Origin: Erysipelotrichaceae bacterium
Lineage (GTDB): Bacteria > Bacillota_I > Bacilli_A > Erysipelotrichales > Coprobacillaceae
Reading direction: 5' to 3'
DNA length: 32,000 nucleotides
Assembly: GCA_028698185.1 (NCBI GenBank)
Contig: JAQVDW010000006.1
Location: forward strand, 63,816-95,815
The notes beneath the pieces are model-generated. The model saw only the letters and a list, made by a program, of their open reading frames with translations, was not told where the DNA came from and searched no databases. The stretch's first letter is position 1, and every line of letters begins with the position of its first letter. Below are positions 1-9,392 of the stretch, one piece after another. The translations under genes and the position numbers were made by a program.

Positions 1-129
1 ACCGATCAGACCGATGATTGTCTGTTCGTCACCGGCGGAAATATGCGGTGTAAGTCCTTTTGATTTTACCAGGTTTTCAATTTTGGCGACATCTTCTTGA
101 GTCGCTTCAGGTTTTAAAACTATAATCAT
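1..129 (-). CDS. DAHP synthase (3-deoxy-7-phosphoheptulonate synthase), first 43 codons only; the gene continues past the left edge
   Basis: Minus-strand ATG at 129-127 is preceded by AAAGGAG. The translation is MIIVLKPEATQEDVAKIENLVKSKGLTPHISAGDEQTIIGLIG. From memory this matches the N-terminal ferredoxin-like regulatory domain of Thermotoga-type (I-beta) DAHP synthase (MIVVLKPGSTEEDIRKV..HISKGQERTVIGIIGD). It is absent from the ORF track only because fewer than 60 codons lie in the window. Confidence 0.7.
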   Translation of the reverse strand, partial: MIIVLKPEATQEDVAKIENLVKSKGLTPHISAGDEQTIIGLIG

Positions 130-155
130 AATTATTTCTCCTTTTCTTTTCCAAC

Positions 156-400
156 AAAAAAAGACCCGTCCCTGTAAAGGGCGAGTCATCGCGTTACCAC
201 CTTTGTTTATTGACACATCACTATGCCAACCTCTTCGGGTACTATCATACCCACATAATATAACGGTTATAACCGGAGACGCCTACTATATTTCAACGTT
301 CTACTCAAAGATGTATTCATGACAACTTCTGATTCTTTTCCACCAACCAAGAACTCTCTAGCCAAAATGATCGTCACTACTATTTCTTATCACTGTATTT
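156..400 (-). promoter_or_regulatory. T-box leader (tRNA-sensing attenuator) with Tyr specifier UAC, controlling the DAHP synthase gene
   Basis: All reads are on the minus strand. Stem I has a GA motif and an AGTA S-turn (GTGATAAGAAATAGTAGTGAC). The distal loop is GGTTGGTGGAAAAG. The specifier loop reads GAA-TAC-A followed by TCTT, which pairs with AAGA (codon at 315-313). The conserved T-box sequence AAAGGTGGTAACGCG lies at 190-201. The terminator GACTCGCCCT..AGGGACGGGTC plus T7 lies at 156-187. Confidence 0.85.
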
Positions 401-406
401 ATACGT

Positions 407-435
407 ATATTAACCATTCTCCAAAACAATGTCAA
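407..435 (-). promoter_or_regulatory. Sigma-A-type promoter for the Tyr T-box leader
   Basis: Minus strand: TTGACA (435-430), 17-nt spacer, TAATAT (412-407). Confidence 0.6.
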
Positions 436-528
436 CACAATTTTTAAAATTGTCGGATATTTTGGCTTTTCAAAAAACAGATAGCTGGAATTTTAGATTT
501 TTCTTATTTATCCTCACATTTCGCTTAT

Positions 529-573
529 AAAAAGAAAAGATCCCCTGAAGACAATTGATGTCATTAGAGGATC
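529..573 (-). terminator. Rho-independent terminator after the TetR gene
   Basis: Minus strand: GATCCTCT..AGGGGATC forms an 8-bp stem (one G-U pair) and is followed by TTTTCTTTTT. Confidence 0.55.
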
Positions 574-611
574 ATGGCATATTAGATAAATGTTTGGGGA
601 TTATTTATTAA

Positions 612-1181
612 TTATGCTTGGGAATTAATGTACGCGTAGAAACCGTTTGACATGATTCCCGCGATACAGTCAGTAACTTCTTCTGCCGTCACTTTAGAGT
701 CAGATCTTAGCCATTCGATAATAAGGCTTGTAGCTCCAGCTGAAATATATTCGATTGACAATGCGAATAATTCTGGCGCCACAGTGATGTTGTCCTGTAA
801 AGCCGAAGCAATTTCTTCTTCTAATAATTTTTGGATATGAGCACTAAGGGTATTGCAATAACTAGATCCTACCAGCAATTTGAAAAATTGTTCATCTTCC
901 TGGATGATGTTGTTCAAATGTTTGAACAGCACCGAGAAATCCGGACGTCCTTCATTCCATTTTTCTTCTGCCAATTCCGCATGAAGACGATTGAAGATAT
1001 CGTCATCGATTTCGCTTAAAACATCAATAAACTGTCCGTAGTGAACATAGAATGTTTTCCGTGAAATGTCTGCAGTTTCCGCAAGTTCCTTTACTGTGAT
1101 TTTTGAAACGTCCTTTTCAGTCATCAACTGAATCAATGCATGTTTAATCGCTTTTTTGGTTTTAACCGTTCTTCTATCCAT
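612..1181 (-). CDS. TetR/AcrR family transcriptional regulator
   Basis: 189 aa. The N-terminal HTH is typical of the family (KKAIKHALIQLMTEKDVSKITVKELAETADISRKTFYVHYG). The RBS AAGGATGG lies upstream of the ATG. Confidence 0.85.
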   Translation of the reverse strand: MDRRTVKTKKAIKHALIQLMTEKDVSKITVKELAETADISRKTFYVHYGQFIDVLSEIDDDIFNRLHAELAEEKWNEGRPDFSVLFKHLNNIIQEDEQFFKLLVGSSYCNTLSAHIQKLLEEEIASALQDNITVAPELFALSIEYISAGATSLIIEWLRSDSKVTAEEVTDCIAGIMSNGFYAYINSQA

Positions 1182-1573
1182 CTTTTTCCATCCTTAAAAA
1201 ATTTTGTTGTTAGGCTTTGATACACTCGACATCTTTTTGCTCAAGAAAAATTATAAGTGTATTTATTTACCACATGACAATACTACAGGATATCGGCCAC
1301 AAAATCAAGTTATTTACCGGTTTTTTTAGTCATTTGTTTGATTCTTGAGTTATAGGATACTAGATTAACAAAAATACCGATGAATAATCTCAATTAGGCT
1401 ACATTATCCTCTAAGGCGAATAAATATCCAAATTTGTTCGAAGAATCACCCATTTATCTTGTGATAATTATAACACACACCGTTTATTATATCAATCGCG
1501 ATAATCATTTTTTTATAAATCTGGTAAATATAGCCCAAATAATCGACATAGGTCAGTAAACGCAAAGACCAAT

Positions 1574-1600
1574 CAAAAAAGGCTCAATTTCACTTGAGCC
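1574..1600 (-). terminator. Rho-independent terminator overlapping the GNAT stop codon
   Basis: Minus strand: GGCTCAAGTGAAATTGAGCC followed by TTTTTTG. The stop codon at 1590-1592 sits in the hairpin loop. Confidence 0.6.
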
Positions 1601-2348
1601 GTAACAAACCATAATCACCGTGATCCTTGAAACCCAGTCGATGATAGAGCCTCGCCGCAAAGGGATCGTTGTAGAAAAGGCACAGTTTCTTGCCTTGTTC
1701 TAAAAAATCATGACACAATCTATACACCGTCGCCAGCCCATATCCCTGGTTGCGGTACTGTTCAAGGGCATACACTCCGATGATCATAGCCGCCCCGTCA
1801 CAGTGGGCACTGGTCCTGGCTCCAGAAACCAATCGGCCTCCAACCTTGCATCCATAATACCGGGACGTCCCCTTTTCGAAGTTGTCTTTCTCCTGTTCAA
1901 GATCAATCTTGCGGTTGAAAATTCTTTGGCAATCGGTGACCATCGCTTCAAGATCACCGATTTCCAGTTCCACCGCCGGTGAATCGATCTTTTTATCGAG
2001 ACTCTCAAGCATCGCAATCTTGCATTTCTCCAGCTTGAAATCCCCAAGATTTAACTGCTTGATGATCTTGTAATCCCCGTTGATATCTATCAGCCCATAT
2101 TCTTTTACCAACTTTTCGACAAAGCCCTGATCGACAATCCCTTGAGCCGACCCGATGACCAGGTTTCTCCGGTAAACCAGATAAACAGTCTTGATATTAT
2201 CATACTCTCGGTCCATGAAAACAGTCTGGAATTGGCTGTCAAATCCATAAGTCTCGATGTCGCCTATAATGAAAAGGTTCATGACAACGTCCTGTTTTAC
2301 ATATGTCAAGACCTCTTCGCGGTTTGATTCTTTACATCTGATAATCAT
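1590..2348 (-). CDS. GNAT family N-acetyltransferase
   Basis: The C-terminal half carries the acetyl-CoA-binding pattern of the GNAT fold (RNQGYGLATVYRLCHDFLEQGKK .. ARLYHRLGF). The ORF track starts at 2354, but that ATG lies 1 nt from GAGG. The ATG at 2348 has 7-nt spacing and is preferred. A TATAAT lies about 20 nt upstream. Confidence 0.8.
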   Translation of the reverse strand: MIIRCKESNREEVLTYVKQDVVMNLFIIGDIETYGFDSQFQTVFMDREYDNIKTVYLVYRRNLVIGSAQGIVDQGFVEKLVKEYGLIDINGDYKIIKQLNLGDFKLEKCKIAMLESLDKKIDSPAVELEIGDLEAMVTDCQRIFNRKIDLEQEKDNFEKGTSRYYGCKVGGRLVSGARTSAHCDGAAMIIGVYALEQYRNQGYGLATVYRLCHDFLEQGKKLCLFYNDPFAARLYHRLGFKDHGDYGLLRLK

Positions 2349-2383
2349 AGTCATACCTCGCTTTTGTGCATTATATCATAATA

Positions 2384-2414
2384 TGAAAAAAAAGATACCT
2401 CAACGAAGTATCTT
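2384..2414 (-). terminator. Rho-independent terminator after aroD
   Basis: Minus strand: AAGATAC-TTCGTTGAG-GTATCTT followed by T8. Confidence 0.65.
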
Positions 2415-2428
2415 TGCCACAACATTGC

Positions 2429-3187
2429 TTATAGGCTGTATTTTTCCAGGATGTTCATCGCGGTCTTCAAATCCTCGAGGTCGACCTGACCAGGGGCGGA
2501 TCCGTCGCCGACTTTGGCAAACGTGATGGCGCTGCCAAAAAGCGAACCGGTCATCCGGGTCAAGACTCCAAGTTTGCCCATTGCGATGACGACAACTGGA
2601 ACGTTGAATATGGTATTGCACTCGTCCGTGAATTCCAAAATCTTCAAGACATCAAGGTAATTGGATGGCGTGACAGCAATCTTGAGAATATCGCCGTTAA
2701 ATGAGGCCATCTTCATGAACCGCATGCTCATCGTGTTGATTGATGGCGTCCTATGGAAATCATGGTTCGACATGATGACTTTCTTGCCACGTTCATGTAT
2801 CTTCGCGACCAGGTCGATGACAACCGAATCGTTGATAAGCAGCTCGATATCGTAGATCTCATAAGCTCCGGTTTGGATCGCAACTTCAATTATATGAGCA
2901 TATTCACGGGGCTCAACGTGAAGGTTGCCCCCCTCATTTCTGGTCCGCAAGGTGAATATAATCGGCAATTGGTTGATCATCTTTATATTATTAGACAAGG
3001 TAGTCAGCGCCTCATCGTCTTTGACATTTTCGAAACAGTCTATCCTCAATTCAATTAAATCAATCCCCTTTGTTTGTAAAGATTTGATTTGTTCAATAAT
3101 GTCGATATCGCTTTTCTGGGTAACCGGGACACAGATTCGTGATTTTTCATTATTCAACACCAAATCATTAACTTTGCACTCTTTCAT
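2429..3187 (-). CDS. aroD: 3-dehydroquinate dehydratase, type I
   Basis: 252 aa with type I dehydroquinase blocks: ICVPV, DLIELRIDCF, IIFTLRTRNEGG, SNHDFHRTPS, ILKIAVTP (catalytic Lys region) and VIAMGKLGVLTRM. The RBS is AGGAGGG. Confidence 0.9.
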   Translation of the reverse strand: MKECKVNDLVLNNEKSRICVPVTQKSDIDIIEQIKSLQTKGIDLIELRIDCFENVKDDEALTTLSNNIKMINQLPIIFTLRTRNEGGNLHVEPREYAHIIEVAIQTGAYEIYDIELLINDSVVIDLVAKIHERGKKVIMSNHDFHRTPSINTMSMRFMKMASFNGDILKIAVTPSNYLDVLKILEFTDECNTIFNVPVVVIAMGKLGVLTRMTGSLFGSAITFAKVGDGSAPGQVDLEDLKTAMNILEKYSL

Positions 3188-3418
3188 AAAATCCCTCCTG
3201 AAAAAATTATACCACCATTTAAGAAAAATGACAGGAAAAACGGCCCTTGAAACTCCACTTTGTCACAACAGGAAAAAATCATTCCATATCGAACAGAATG
3301 CCAAGTCCCTTTATTTGTTACAAAATGTAAATTATAATTAACTTTGCCTTATTATTTTTACCAAATCGACAAAATTTGGTATAATGTAATCAACCAATCA
3401 ATACAAGGAGTCTTTTAT

Positions 3419-5557
3419 ATGGATGAAATAGATTACAGTTACTCCCAAGATCGCGAGAAATCTTGGTTACAATTCAATGAACGCGTCTTGAAAGAGGCGA
3501 ATGATTTTGAAGTGCCGTTGATGGAGCGGCTTCGCTTCATGGCAATTTACGAGTCAAACCTGCAGGAATTTTTCCGGGTCCGGGTCGGTTCCCTGCATGA
3601 CATGATGGCATCGGATCCCATCCACCATGACTCAAGAAGCGGCCTCACCCCGCAGCAACAGTTAAGCGATGTGCTCAAAAGAGTCAAGAAACTGACAAGT
3701 TCACAGACAAAAATCTACAACGATCTCAATCAGGAACTTATTCTTCGTGACATTCAGATATGCAAAGCGGGTGATCTCAAGCAAAAGGATCTCAAATTCC
3801 TTGAGACCTACTTCACCGACACGGTCGCCCCTTTGCTTACGCCAATCGTTCTTTCTCCGCTACACCCGTTCCCTCATTTGGAAAACGGCAACACCTATTT
3901 GGCAGTCTTGTTGGATCGAGCCAAGGAATCCAGCTACGGTCTGGTTCCACTCAACCCAAAATTCGCGCCAGTGATTTTCCTGCCTGGCAATTCCTTGCGC
4001 CTGATCCTGGTGGAGGATCTTCTTGAGCTGTTTGCCGGACAGATTTTCAACCACTACCAGGTCAAGTCAACTTCACTGATCCGGGTCACCCGCTCGGCCG
4101 ATATCGATCCCGATGAAGCTGATGAGGATTACCGTGAAGCCATGAAAAAGCTGATCAAAAAAAGACGCCGACTTGAGGTTGTCCGGTTGGAATCGAACAA
4201 GCCCATCAATGAAAAAGTATACAATTTCCTGAAGCCCAATTTGAAAATCAATGATGACTCGTTCTTTATCACCAACGTCCCATTCAATTGGAAATTTATC
4301 GGCGAGATCAACGCTAAACTGCAAATCAAGCTCCAGGAAAATTTCAACTACAAGCCATTCAGGCCTTATCAGTCGGCCATGTTTGATTTCAATGCGCCCA
4401 TTACGCCCCAAGTCATGCACTCCGACAAGCTGCTTTCATTCCCTTATGAATCGATGGAACCATATATCAACCTGCTCAAGGAAAGCGCCCGTGATCCCGA
4501 GACAATATCGATCAAGATCACAATCTACCGTCTTGCCAAGGAAGCTAAAATCGTCAAATACCTGGCCGAAGCCGCCGAAAACGGAGTGGACGTCCTGGTA
4601 TTGATGGAGTTGCGGGCAAGATTCGATGAGGAAAACAACATCAACTATTCCCAAGTGCTCGAAGACGCGGGATGCAAGATCATCTACGGTTTCGAAGGTT
4701 ACAAGGTCCATTCCAAAATCACCCTGATAACCAAGAAAAAAGGAAACAATGTTTCCTACATCACCCAGATCGGTACCGGGAACTACAATGAATCGACCTC
4801 GAGAGTGTATACCGATCTTTCACTGATCACAACCGACTCCGACATTTGTCTCGATGCCGTGAATTTCTTCAACAACATGACTTTAAACGAGCTGTACGGG
4901 GAATACGGTTCCCTGCTTGTCGCTCCAAACAATCTGCGTGAAAGTCTTATCGGCGAGATTGAAAGCCAGACGATGATAGCCCAAAATGGCGGCACCGGCT
5001 ACATCTACATGAAAATGAATTCCCTGACCGACCGGACCATCATCGATGCCCTGGCGGTCGCCAGCCAGGCAGGAGTCAAGATCGAACTGGTCATCAGAGG
5101 CATCTGCTGCATCGTTCCGGGAATCCCAGACAAGACAGACAACATTACAATAAAATCGATCGTCGGCCGATTCCTGGAACACTCACGGATATATTCATTC
5201 GGCTTGAATGAACAGAACAAGATGTATATCGGTTCGTCGGACATGATGACTAGAAACACAATGCGTCGGGTGGAAATATGCGCACCGATCAAGGATGATT
5301 CGATCAAGGCGCGAATCCAGGAAATAATCGATCTGACCATGGCGGACAACGTCAAGGGTTCTTACCTGCAGCCTAACGGCAAGTATGTCAAAATCGTCAA
5401 AGATGGCAAACTGGTGAATTCACAGGAAATCCTGCTGGAAAAAGCCAAGATGAACGCCCAGATTGCCCAAAATCAAATCAACAACAACCACAACAGGAAA
5501 TCGAGTTCCGGCCTTATGGACTTTTTCAAAAATATGTTCAACAAAAAAATCGATTAG
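3419..5557 (+). CDS. ppk: Polyphosphate kinase 1
   Basis: PPK1 blocks are present: SWLQFNERVLKEA, RFMAIYESNLQEFFRVRVG, and the phosphohistidine region GYKVHSKITLI. The track ORF starts at TTG 3344. ATG 3419 has AAGGAG 8 nt upstream and an extended -10 (TGGTATAAT, 3377-3385), so 3419 is preferred. Confidence 0.9.
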   Translation: MDEIDYSYSQDREKSWLQFNERVLKEANDFEVPLMERLRFMAIYESNLQEFFRVRVGSLHDMMASDPIHHDSRSGLTPQQQLSDVLKRVKKLTSSQTKIYNDLNQELILRDIQICKAGDLKQKDLKFLETYFTDTVAPLLTPIVLSPLHPFPHLENGNTYLAVLLDRAKESSYGLVPLNPKFAPVIFLPGNSLRLILVEDLLELFAGQIFNHYQVKSTSLIRVTRSADIDPDEADEDYREAMKKLIKKRRRLEVVRLESNKPINEKVYNFLKPNLKINDDSFFITNVPFNWKFIGEINAKLQIKLQENFNYKPFRPYQSAMFDFNAPITPQVMHSDKLLSFPYESMEPYINLLKESARDPETISIKITIYRLAKEAKIVKYLAEAAENGVDVLVLMELRARFDEENNINYSQVLEDAGCKIIYGFEGYKVHSKITLITKKKGNNVSYITQIGTGNYNESTSRVYTDLSLITTDSDICLDAVNFFNNMTLNELYGEYGSLLVAPNNLRESLIGEIESQTMIAQNGGTGYIYMKMNSLTDRTIIDALAVASQAGVKIELVIRGICCIVPGIPDKTDNITIKSIVGRFLEHSRIYSFGLNEQNKMYIGSSDMMTRNTMRRVEICAPIKDDSIKARIQEIIDLTMADNVKGSYLQPNGKYVKIVKDGKLVNSQEILLEKAKMNAQIAQNQINNNHNRKSSSGLMDFFKNMFNKKID

Positions 5558-5576
5558 CTTTCTAATCGATTTTTTC
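5543..5576. terminator. Bidirectional terminator shared by the convergent ppk and V-ATPase D genes
   Basis: A7-ATCGATTAG-CTTT-CTAATCGAT-T6. The hairpin (5549-5570) spans both stop codons. Confidence 0.6.
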
Positions 5577-6174
5577 TTTCCTTGATCACTTTCTGGCGGG
5601 TGAATTCCTCCCGTTCCTTTTCTTCAAGGGACTCGCTGATGAATTTATTGGTTTCCTTCAAACGAGGGATAGTGATATTTTGCAAGGCGTTGGCCCGTTT
5701 CTGGGTCCGGCGGATTGCGTCAGCCAAGCGGTATACGCTGTTTTCGACTTCAGCCAACAGGATTGTCAGTTCCTTTACCCGGTAGAAGCATTGGTATGCA
5801 TAATCAACCCGGGAATTTGAACGTTCCATGTTGTAGTAGCAAACAAGCGGCGCCTTGGCATAGTTTATTTTGGGAATTTCCACACCCATCACTGAACGAT
5901 AGGCGATGGTGATTCCGGTGTCCACAGGAGCTTCGTTTACCAAAGAGGCAATTACCCCCAAGGAAATATTGGCATCCTGCAAGGCATCATAGGCATCCTG
6001 ATAGGAAGTTGTTATCTGGTCACGGATCACCTTGACCGAATCGATCAGCTGCATCATTTCCTTGATCAGGATGTTTCTTTTTTTGTCCAGCAAATCGTAG
6101 CCAACGGTGGCTAGCTGGAGTGATTTCTTATTAGCAAGCAAGTTGCCCTTTGTGGGCACAACCTTCATCGCCAT
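5554..6174 (-). CDS. ntpD: V-type ATP synthase subunit D
   Basis: 206 aa. The N-terminus VVPTKGNLLANKKSLQLATVGYDLLDKKRNILIKE is characteristic of the V/A-type D (central stalk) subunit. It is the last gene of the operon. Confidence 0.9.
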   Translation of the reverse strand: MAMKVVPTKGNLLANKKSLQLATVGYDLLDKKRNILIKEMMQLIDSVKVIRDQITTSYQDAYDALQDANISLGVIASLVNEAPVDTGITIAYRSVMGVEIPKINYAKAPLVCYYNMERSNSRVDYAYQCFYRVKELTILLAEVENSVYRLADAIRRTQKRANALQNITIPRLKETNKFISESLEEKEREEFTRQKVIKERKNRLES

Positions 6175-6176
6175 AA

Positions 6177-7619
6177 TTATTCACCTACTTTTTCTAATTC
6201 TTTGATAATCTTTGTTTCCTTGATGTTGAAGCGTTCCAACGCTTTTGCATGATTGTAGAACTTGTCCAGCAAGGCATTGTCAAGACGATCCAATGCGGTC
6301 TTTGGCAAGACTGAAAGCAGGTCCCAAGCCAAGTCCAGAGTATATTCGATTGAGCGGTTGTCATCGAAACCTTGTCTGACGAACTGTCCTTCGAACAGGC
6401 GGCCAAACTTCACGTATTCCTTGTCAAGATCAGACAACTCGTCTTCACCGATAACCGACATCAATGATTTTACTTCGCTGACGTGGTTGTAGCAGGCAAA
6501 CAGCTGGTTGGCAACATCCTGGTGGTCATAACGGGTATAACCTTCCCCGATACCATCTTTCATCAGACGTGATAGTGAGGGCAGCACTCCTACTGGAGGG
6601 TAGATTCCCGCACTGTTAAGATCGATATCCATTGAAATCTGACCTTCAGTTATGTATCCGGTCAAATCGGGAACCGGGTGGGTGATGTCGTTGTTTGGCA
6701 TGGTCAGGATTGGAATTTGGGTAACCGATCCTTTGGCGTATTTGGAAATCCCCGCTCTTTCATAGAGTGATGCCAAATCCGAATACAGGTAACCTGGATA
6801 CCCTTTACGGCCTGGTATCTCCCCGGTTGAAGAAGAGAATTCACGCAACGCCTCACAGTATGAAGTGACATCGGTATAGATAACCAGTACGTGCATGTTT
6901 TCTTCAAAAGCCAGGTATTCAGCTGCGGTAAGAGCGCATCTTGGAGTCAGGATTCTCTCGATGATCGGGTCATTTGAAATGTTCAAGAACATCACAACCC
7001 GGTCCATGATTCCCGCTTCCTTGAAGCTCCGTTTGAAGTAATCCGCAACGTCGTTGGTAACCCCCATAGCTCCAAAGACAACCGCGAAACCTTGGCCATT
7101 GTCTTGCGCCACTTTTGCCTGCTTTACGATTTGAACCGCCAACTGGTTGTGGGGCAATCCTGAAACCGAGAAAATCGGCAACTTCTGACCACGGATCAAG
7201 GTAGTCAGACAGTCGATGGTAGAAATACCGGTATTGATGTAATCACGTGGATAAACACGAGATACCGGATTAAGAGGCAAACCGTTGATGTCCATTGACT
7301 TGTTTGCATAAACCTGTCCTAGACCGTCGATCGGTTTCCCCGCTCCGTTGAATACTCTCCCCAGAATCTCTCTGGAAACCGCAAGTTCCATCGGATGCCC
7401 GGTAAGGCGGGTCTGTGAATTAGTGAGCGAAAGCTCGAATGTTCCTTCAAAGACCTGGATAACGACTTTTTTGCCAGAGATTTGGACAATCCGGCCATTA
7501 CGCATTGTGCCGTTATCCAGATGCAGTTCGACCATCTCGTCGTAGCTGGCGTTTTCAACGTTATCCAAAACTACCAATGGTCCATTGATTTCATTTAAAC
7601 CGACATATTTTAGACTCAT
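6177..7619 (-). CDS. ntpB: V-type ATP synthase subunit B
   Basis: 480 aa. It has V-type B blocks (INGPLVVL, FGAMGVTNDVADYF, PGRKGYPGYLYSDLASLYERAG) and no Walker A GKT. Confidence 0.95.
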   Translation of the reverse strand: MSLKYVGLNEINGPLVVLDNVENASYDEMVELHLDNGTMRNGRIVQISGKKVVIQVFEGTFELSLTNSQTRLTGHPMELAVSREILGRVFNGAGKPIDGLGQVYANKSMDINGLPLNPVSRVYPRDYINTGISTIDCLTTLIRGQKLPIFSVSGLPHNQLAVQIVKQAKVAQDNGQGFAVVFGAMGVTNDVADYFKRSFKEAGIMDRVVMFLNISNDPIIERILTPRCALTAAEYLAFEENMHVLVIYTDVTSYCEALREFSSSTGEIPGRKGYPGYLYSDLASLYERAGISKYAKGSVTQIPILTMPNNDITHPVPDLTGYITEGQISMDIDLNSAGIYPPVGVLPSLSRLMKDGIGEGYTRYDHQDVANQLFACYNHVSEVKSLMSVIGEDELSDLDKEYVKFGRLFEGQFVRQGFDDNRSIEYTLDLAWDLLSVLPKTALDRLDNALLDKFYNHAKALERFNIKETKIIKELEKVGE

Positions 7620-7629
7620 TTTATCCCCC

Positions 7630-9378
7630 CTAAGCTACTGACTGGATTGCTTGATCGATCTCTTTGATATAGCTGTCGAGCAATTCAATATTATCATTTG
7701 GAACATCATATTTCATTTTTACAATCTTATCGAAAATTCCGGTTTTAACCAGTTGGGAAACGACCCGACCGCCAGCGACCGCTTGATTCGAACGGTTGTA
7801 CAAGTGAATGATTACTTCCATCATCTTCAACTGTTTGGCCATTGGGACATATGTGTCATCCTTATGGAAGGCATTTTGTTGCAGGTACCCGACCCGGATG
7901 ATGCGGGCCACTTCGATGATCAGTTTTTGGTCTTCAGGCAGGACATCAGGCCCCATCAGGTTGACGATTTCCAGCAATTTCGCCTCTTCGGCCAGAAGGT
8001 AAGCCAGAATCTGGCGGTCTTTGACCCAGTTTTCGCTGACGTTTTCATCAAGCCATGAGCTAAGATCAAGGACATAATCAGAATATGACTGCGTCCAGTT
8101 GATTGCGAAGTAGTGACGGGCATAAGCCAATGATTTGTCCAGCGCCCAGAAACAACGGACGAAACGTTTTGTGTTTTGGGTTACCGGTTCCGAGAAGTCA
8201 GCCCCTTGAGGCGAAACGGCACCGATGATTGTAACCGAACCTTGGCTTCCGTTAAGGTTTTCCATGTATCCGGCACGTTCATAGAATTGAGAAAGACGTG
8301 ATGGCAGGTATGCCGGGAATCCTTCTTCGGCTGGCATTTCTTCGAGACGTCCGGAAATCTCGCGCAACGCTTCGGCCCAGCGAGAAGTCGAGTCCGCCAT
8401 GATTGCCACGTGGTATCCCATGTCACGATAATACTCCGCCAAAGTCACCCCGGTGTAAATTGACGCTTCACGCGCCGCAACCGGCATGTTTGAAGTATTG
8501 GCGATAAGCACTGTACGGTCGGTCAACGGCCGGTTTGATTTCGGATCGATCAGCTCTCCGAATTCTTCAAGAACCTGGGTCATTTCGTTCCCACGTTCTC
8601 CGCACCCTACATAGACGATGATGTCGGCATCGCACCATTTTGCGATCTGATGCTGGGTCATTGTCTTACCGGTACCAAACCCGCCTGGAATTGCGGCAGT
8701 CCCGCCTTTGGCGATCGGGAAAAGGGTGTCGATTACCCGTTGCCCGGTAACAAGGGGCATCGCGATCGGCAGACGTTCCTTGATCGGACGGGCGATTTTT
8801 ATCGGCCACTTTTGCATCAGGGAAATTTCATGCACTTTGCCATTGGCATCTTCCAATTTCACCAATGTTGTCTGGACATTGTACTGTCCATTTGGAGCAA
8901 CTTCAATGACTGTCCCGCGAATATTTGGCGGTACCATCGATTTGTGGGTGATCAACGGTGTTTCCGGGCAGGTCGCGATGACCGCACCGCTTTCCAGTTC
9001 ATCTCCAAGTGCCACTTGGATTGTGACATCCCACAATCTTTCCAGATCCAATGATGGGACATTGGAACCGGCTTCGATGAAGGCTCCTGATTGTTCTTCT
9101 AAATCTTTCAATGGTCTTTCGATCCCATCGAATATGTTTGTGATAATTCCGGGACCAAGTGTCGCCGATATTGGTGAACCTGTTGATAAAACTGGCTCTC
9201 CGGGTTTTAATCCAGTGGTCGTTTCATAAACCTGGATCGTTGTGAACTTGTCATTGATTGAGATTACTTCCCCCATCAACTGACTGTGTCCGACATAAAC
9301 CATCTCTAACATCTGGAATGTTTTCGAGTCTTTTACTTTAACAACGGGTCCATTGATTGAATAAATTACATCGCTCAT
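7630..9378 (-). CDS. ntpA: V-type ATP synthase catalytic subunit A
   Basis: 582 aa. Walker A is PGGFGTGKT. Other blocks are VYVGCGERGNEM and PAEEGFPAYLPSRLSQFYERAG. Confidence 0.95.
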   Translation of the reverse strand: MSDVIYSINGPVVKVKDSKTFQMLEMVYVGHSQLMGEVISINDKFTTIQVYETTTGLKPGEPVLSTGSPISATLGPGIITNIFDGIERPLKDLEEQSGAFIEAGSNVPSLDLERLWDVTIQVALGDELESGAVIATCPETPLITHKSMVPPNIRGTVIEVAPNGQYNVQTTLVKLEDANGKVHEISLMQKWPIKIARPIKERLPIAMPLVTGQRVIDTLFPIAKGGTAAIPGGFGTGKTMTQHQIAKWCDADIIVYVGCGERGNEMTQVLEEFGELIDPKSNRPLTDRTVLIANTSNMPVAAREASIYTGVTLAEYYRDMGYHVAIMADSTSRWAEALREISGRLEEMPAEEGFPAYLPSRLSQFYERAGYMENLNGSQGSVTIIGAVSPQGADFSEPVTQNTKRFVRCFWALDKSLAYARHYFAINWTQSYSDYVLDLSSWLDENVSENWVKDRQILAYLLAEEAKLLEIVNLMGPDVLPEDQKLIIEVARIIRVGYLQQNAFHKDDTYVPMAKQLKMMEVIIHLYNRSNQAVAGGRVVSQLVKTGIFDKIVKMKYDVPNDNIELLDSYIKEIDQAIQSVA

Positions 9379-9392
9379 ACAATTTCCCCTTC

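Noticed and set aside
1182-1589. A 400-nt ORF-free spacer between the GNAT and TetR genes, considered as a possible RNA gene or riboswitch.
   Set aside because: It is AT-rich, with no conserved RNA motifs I recognise and no convincing stem-loops other than the GNAT terminator. It probably holds only the promoter/operator region for the TetR gene.
7651-9229. Several 64-173-aa plus-strand ORFs inside the V-ATPase A gene, and similar ones inside the B, I, C, ppk, argJ and argB genes.
   Set aside because: They are antisense or out of frame relative to strongly supported conserved genes. They have no RBS and biased, low-complexity translations.
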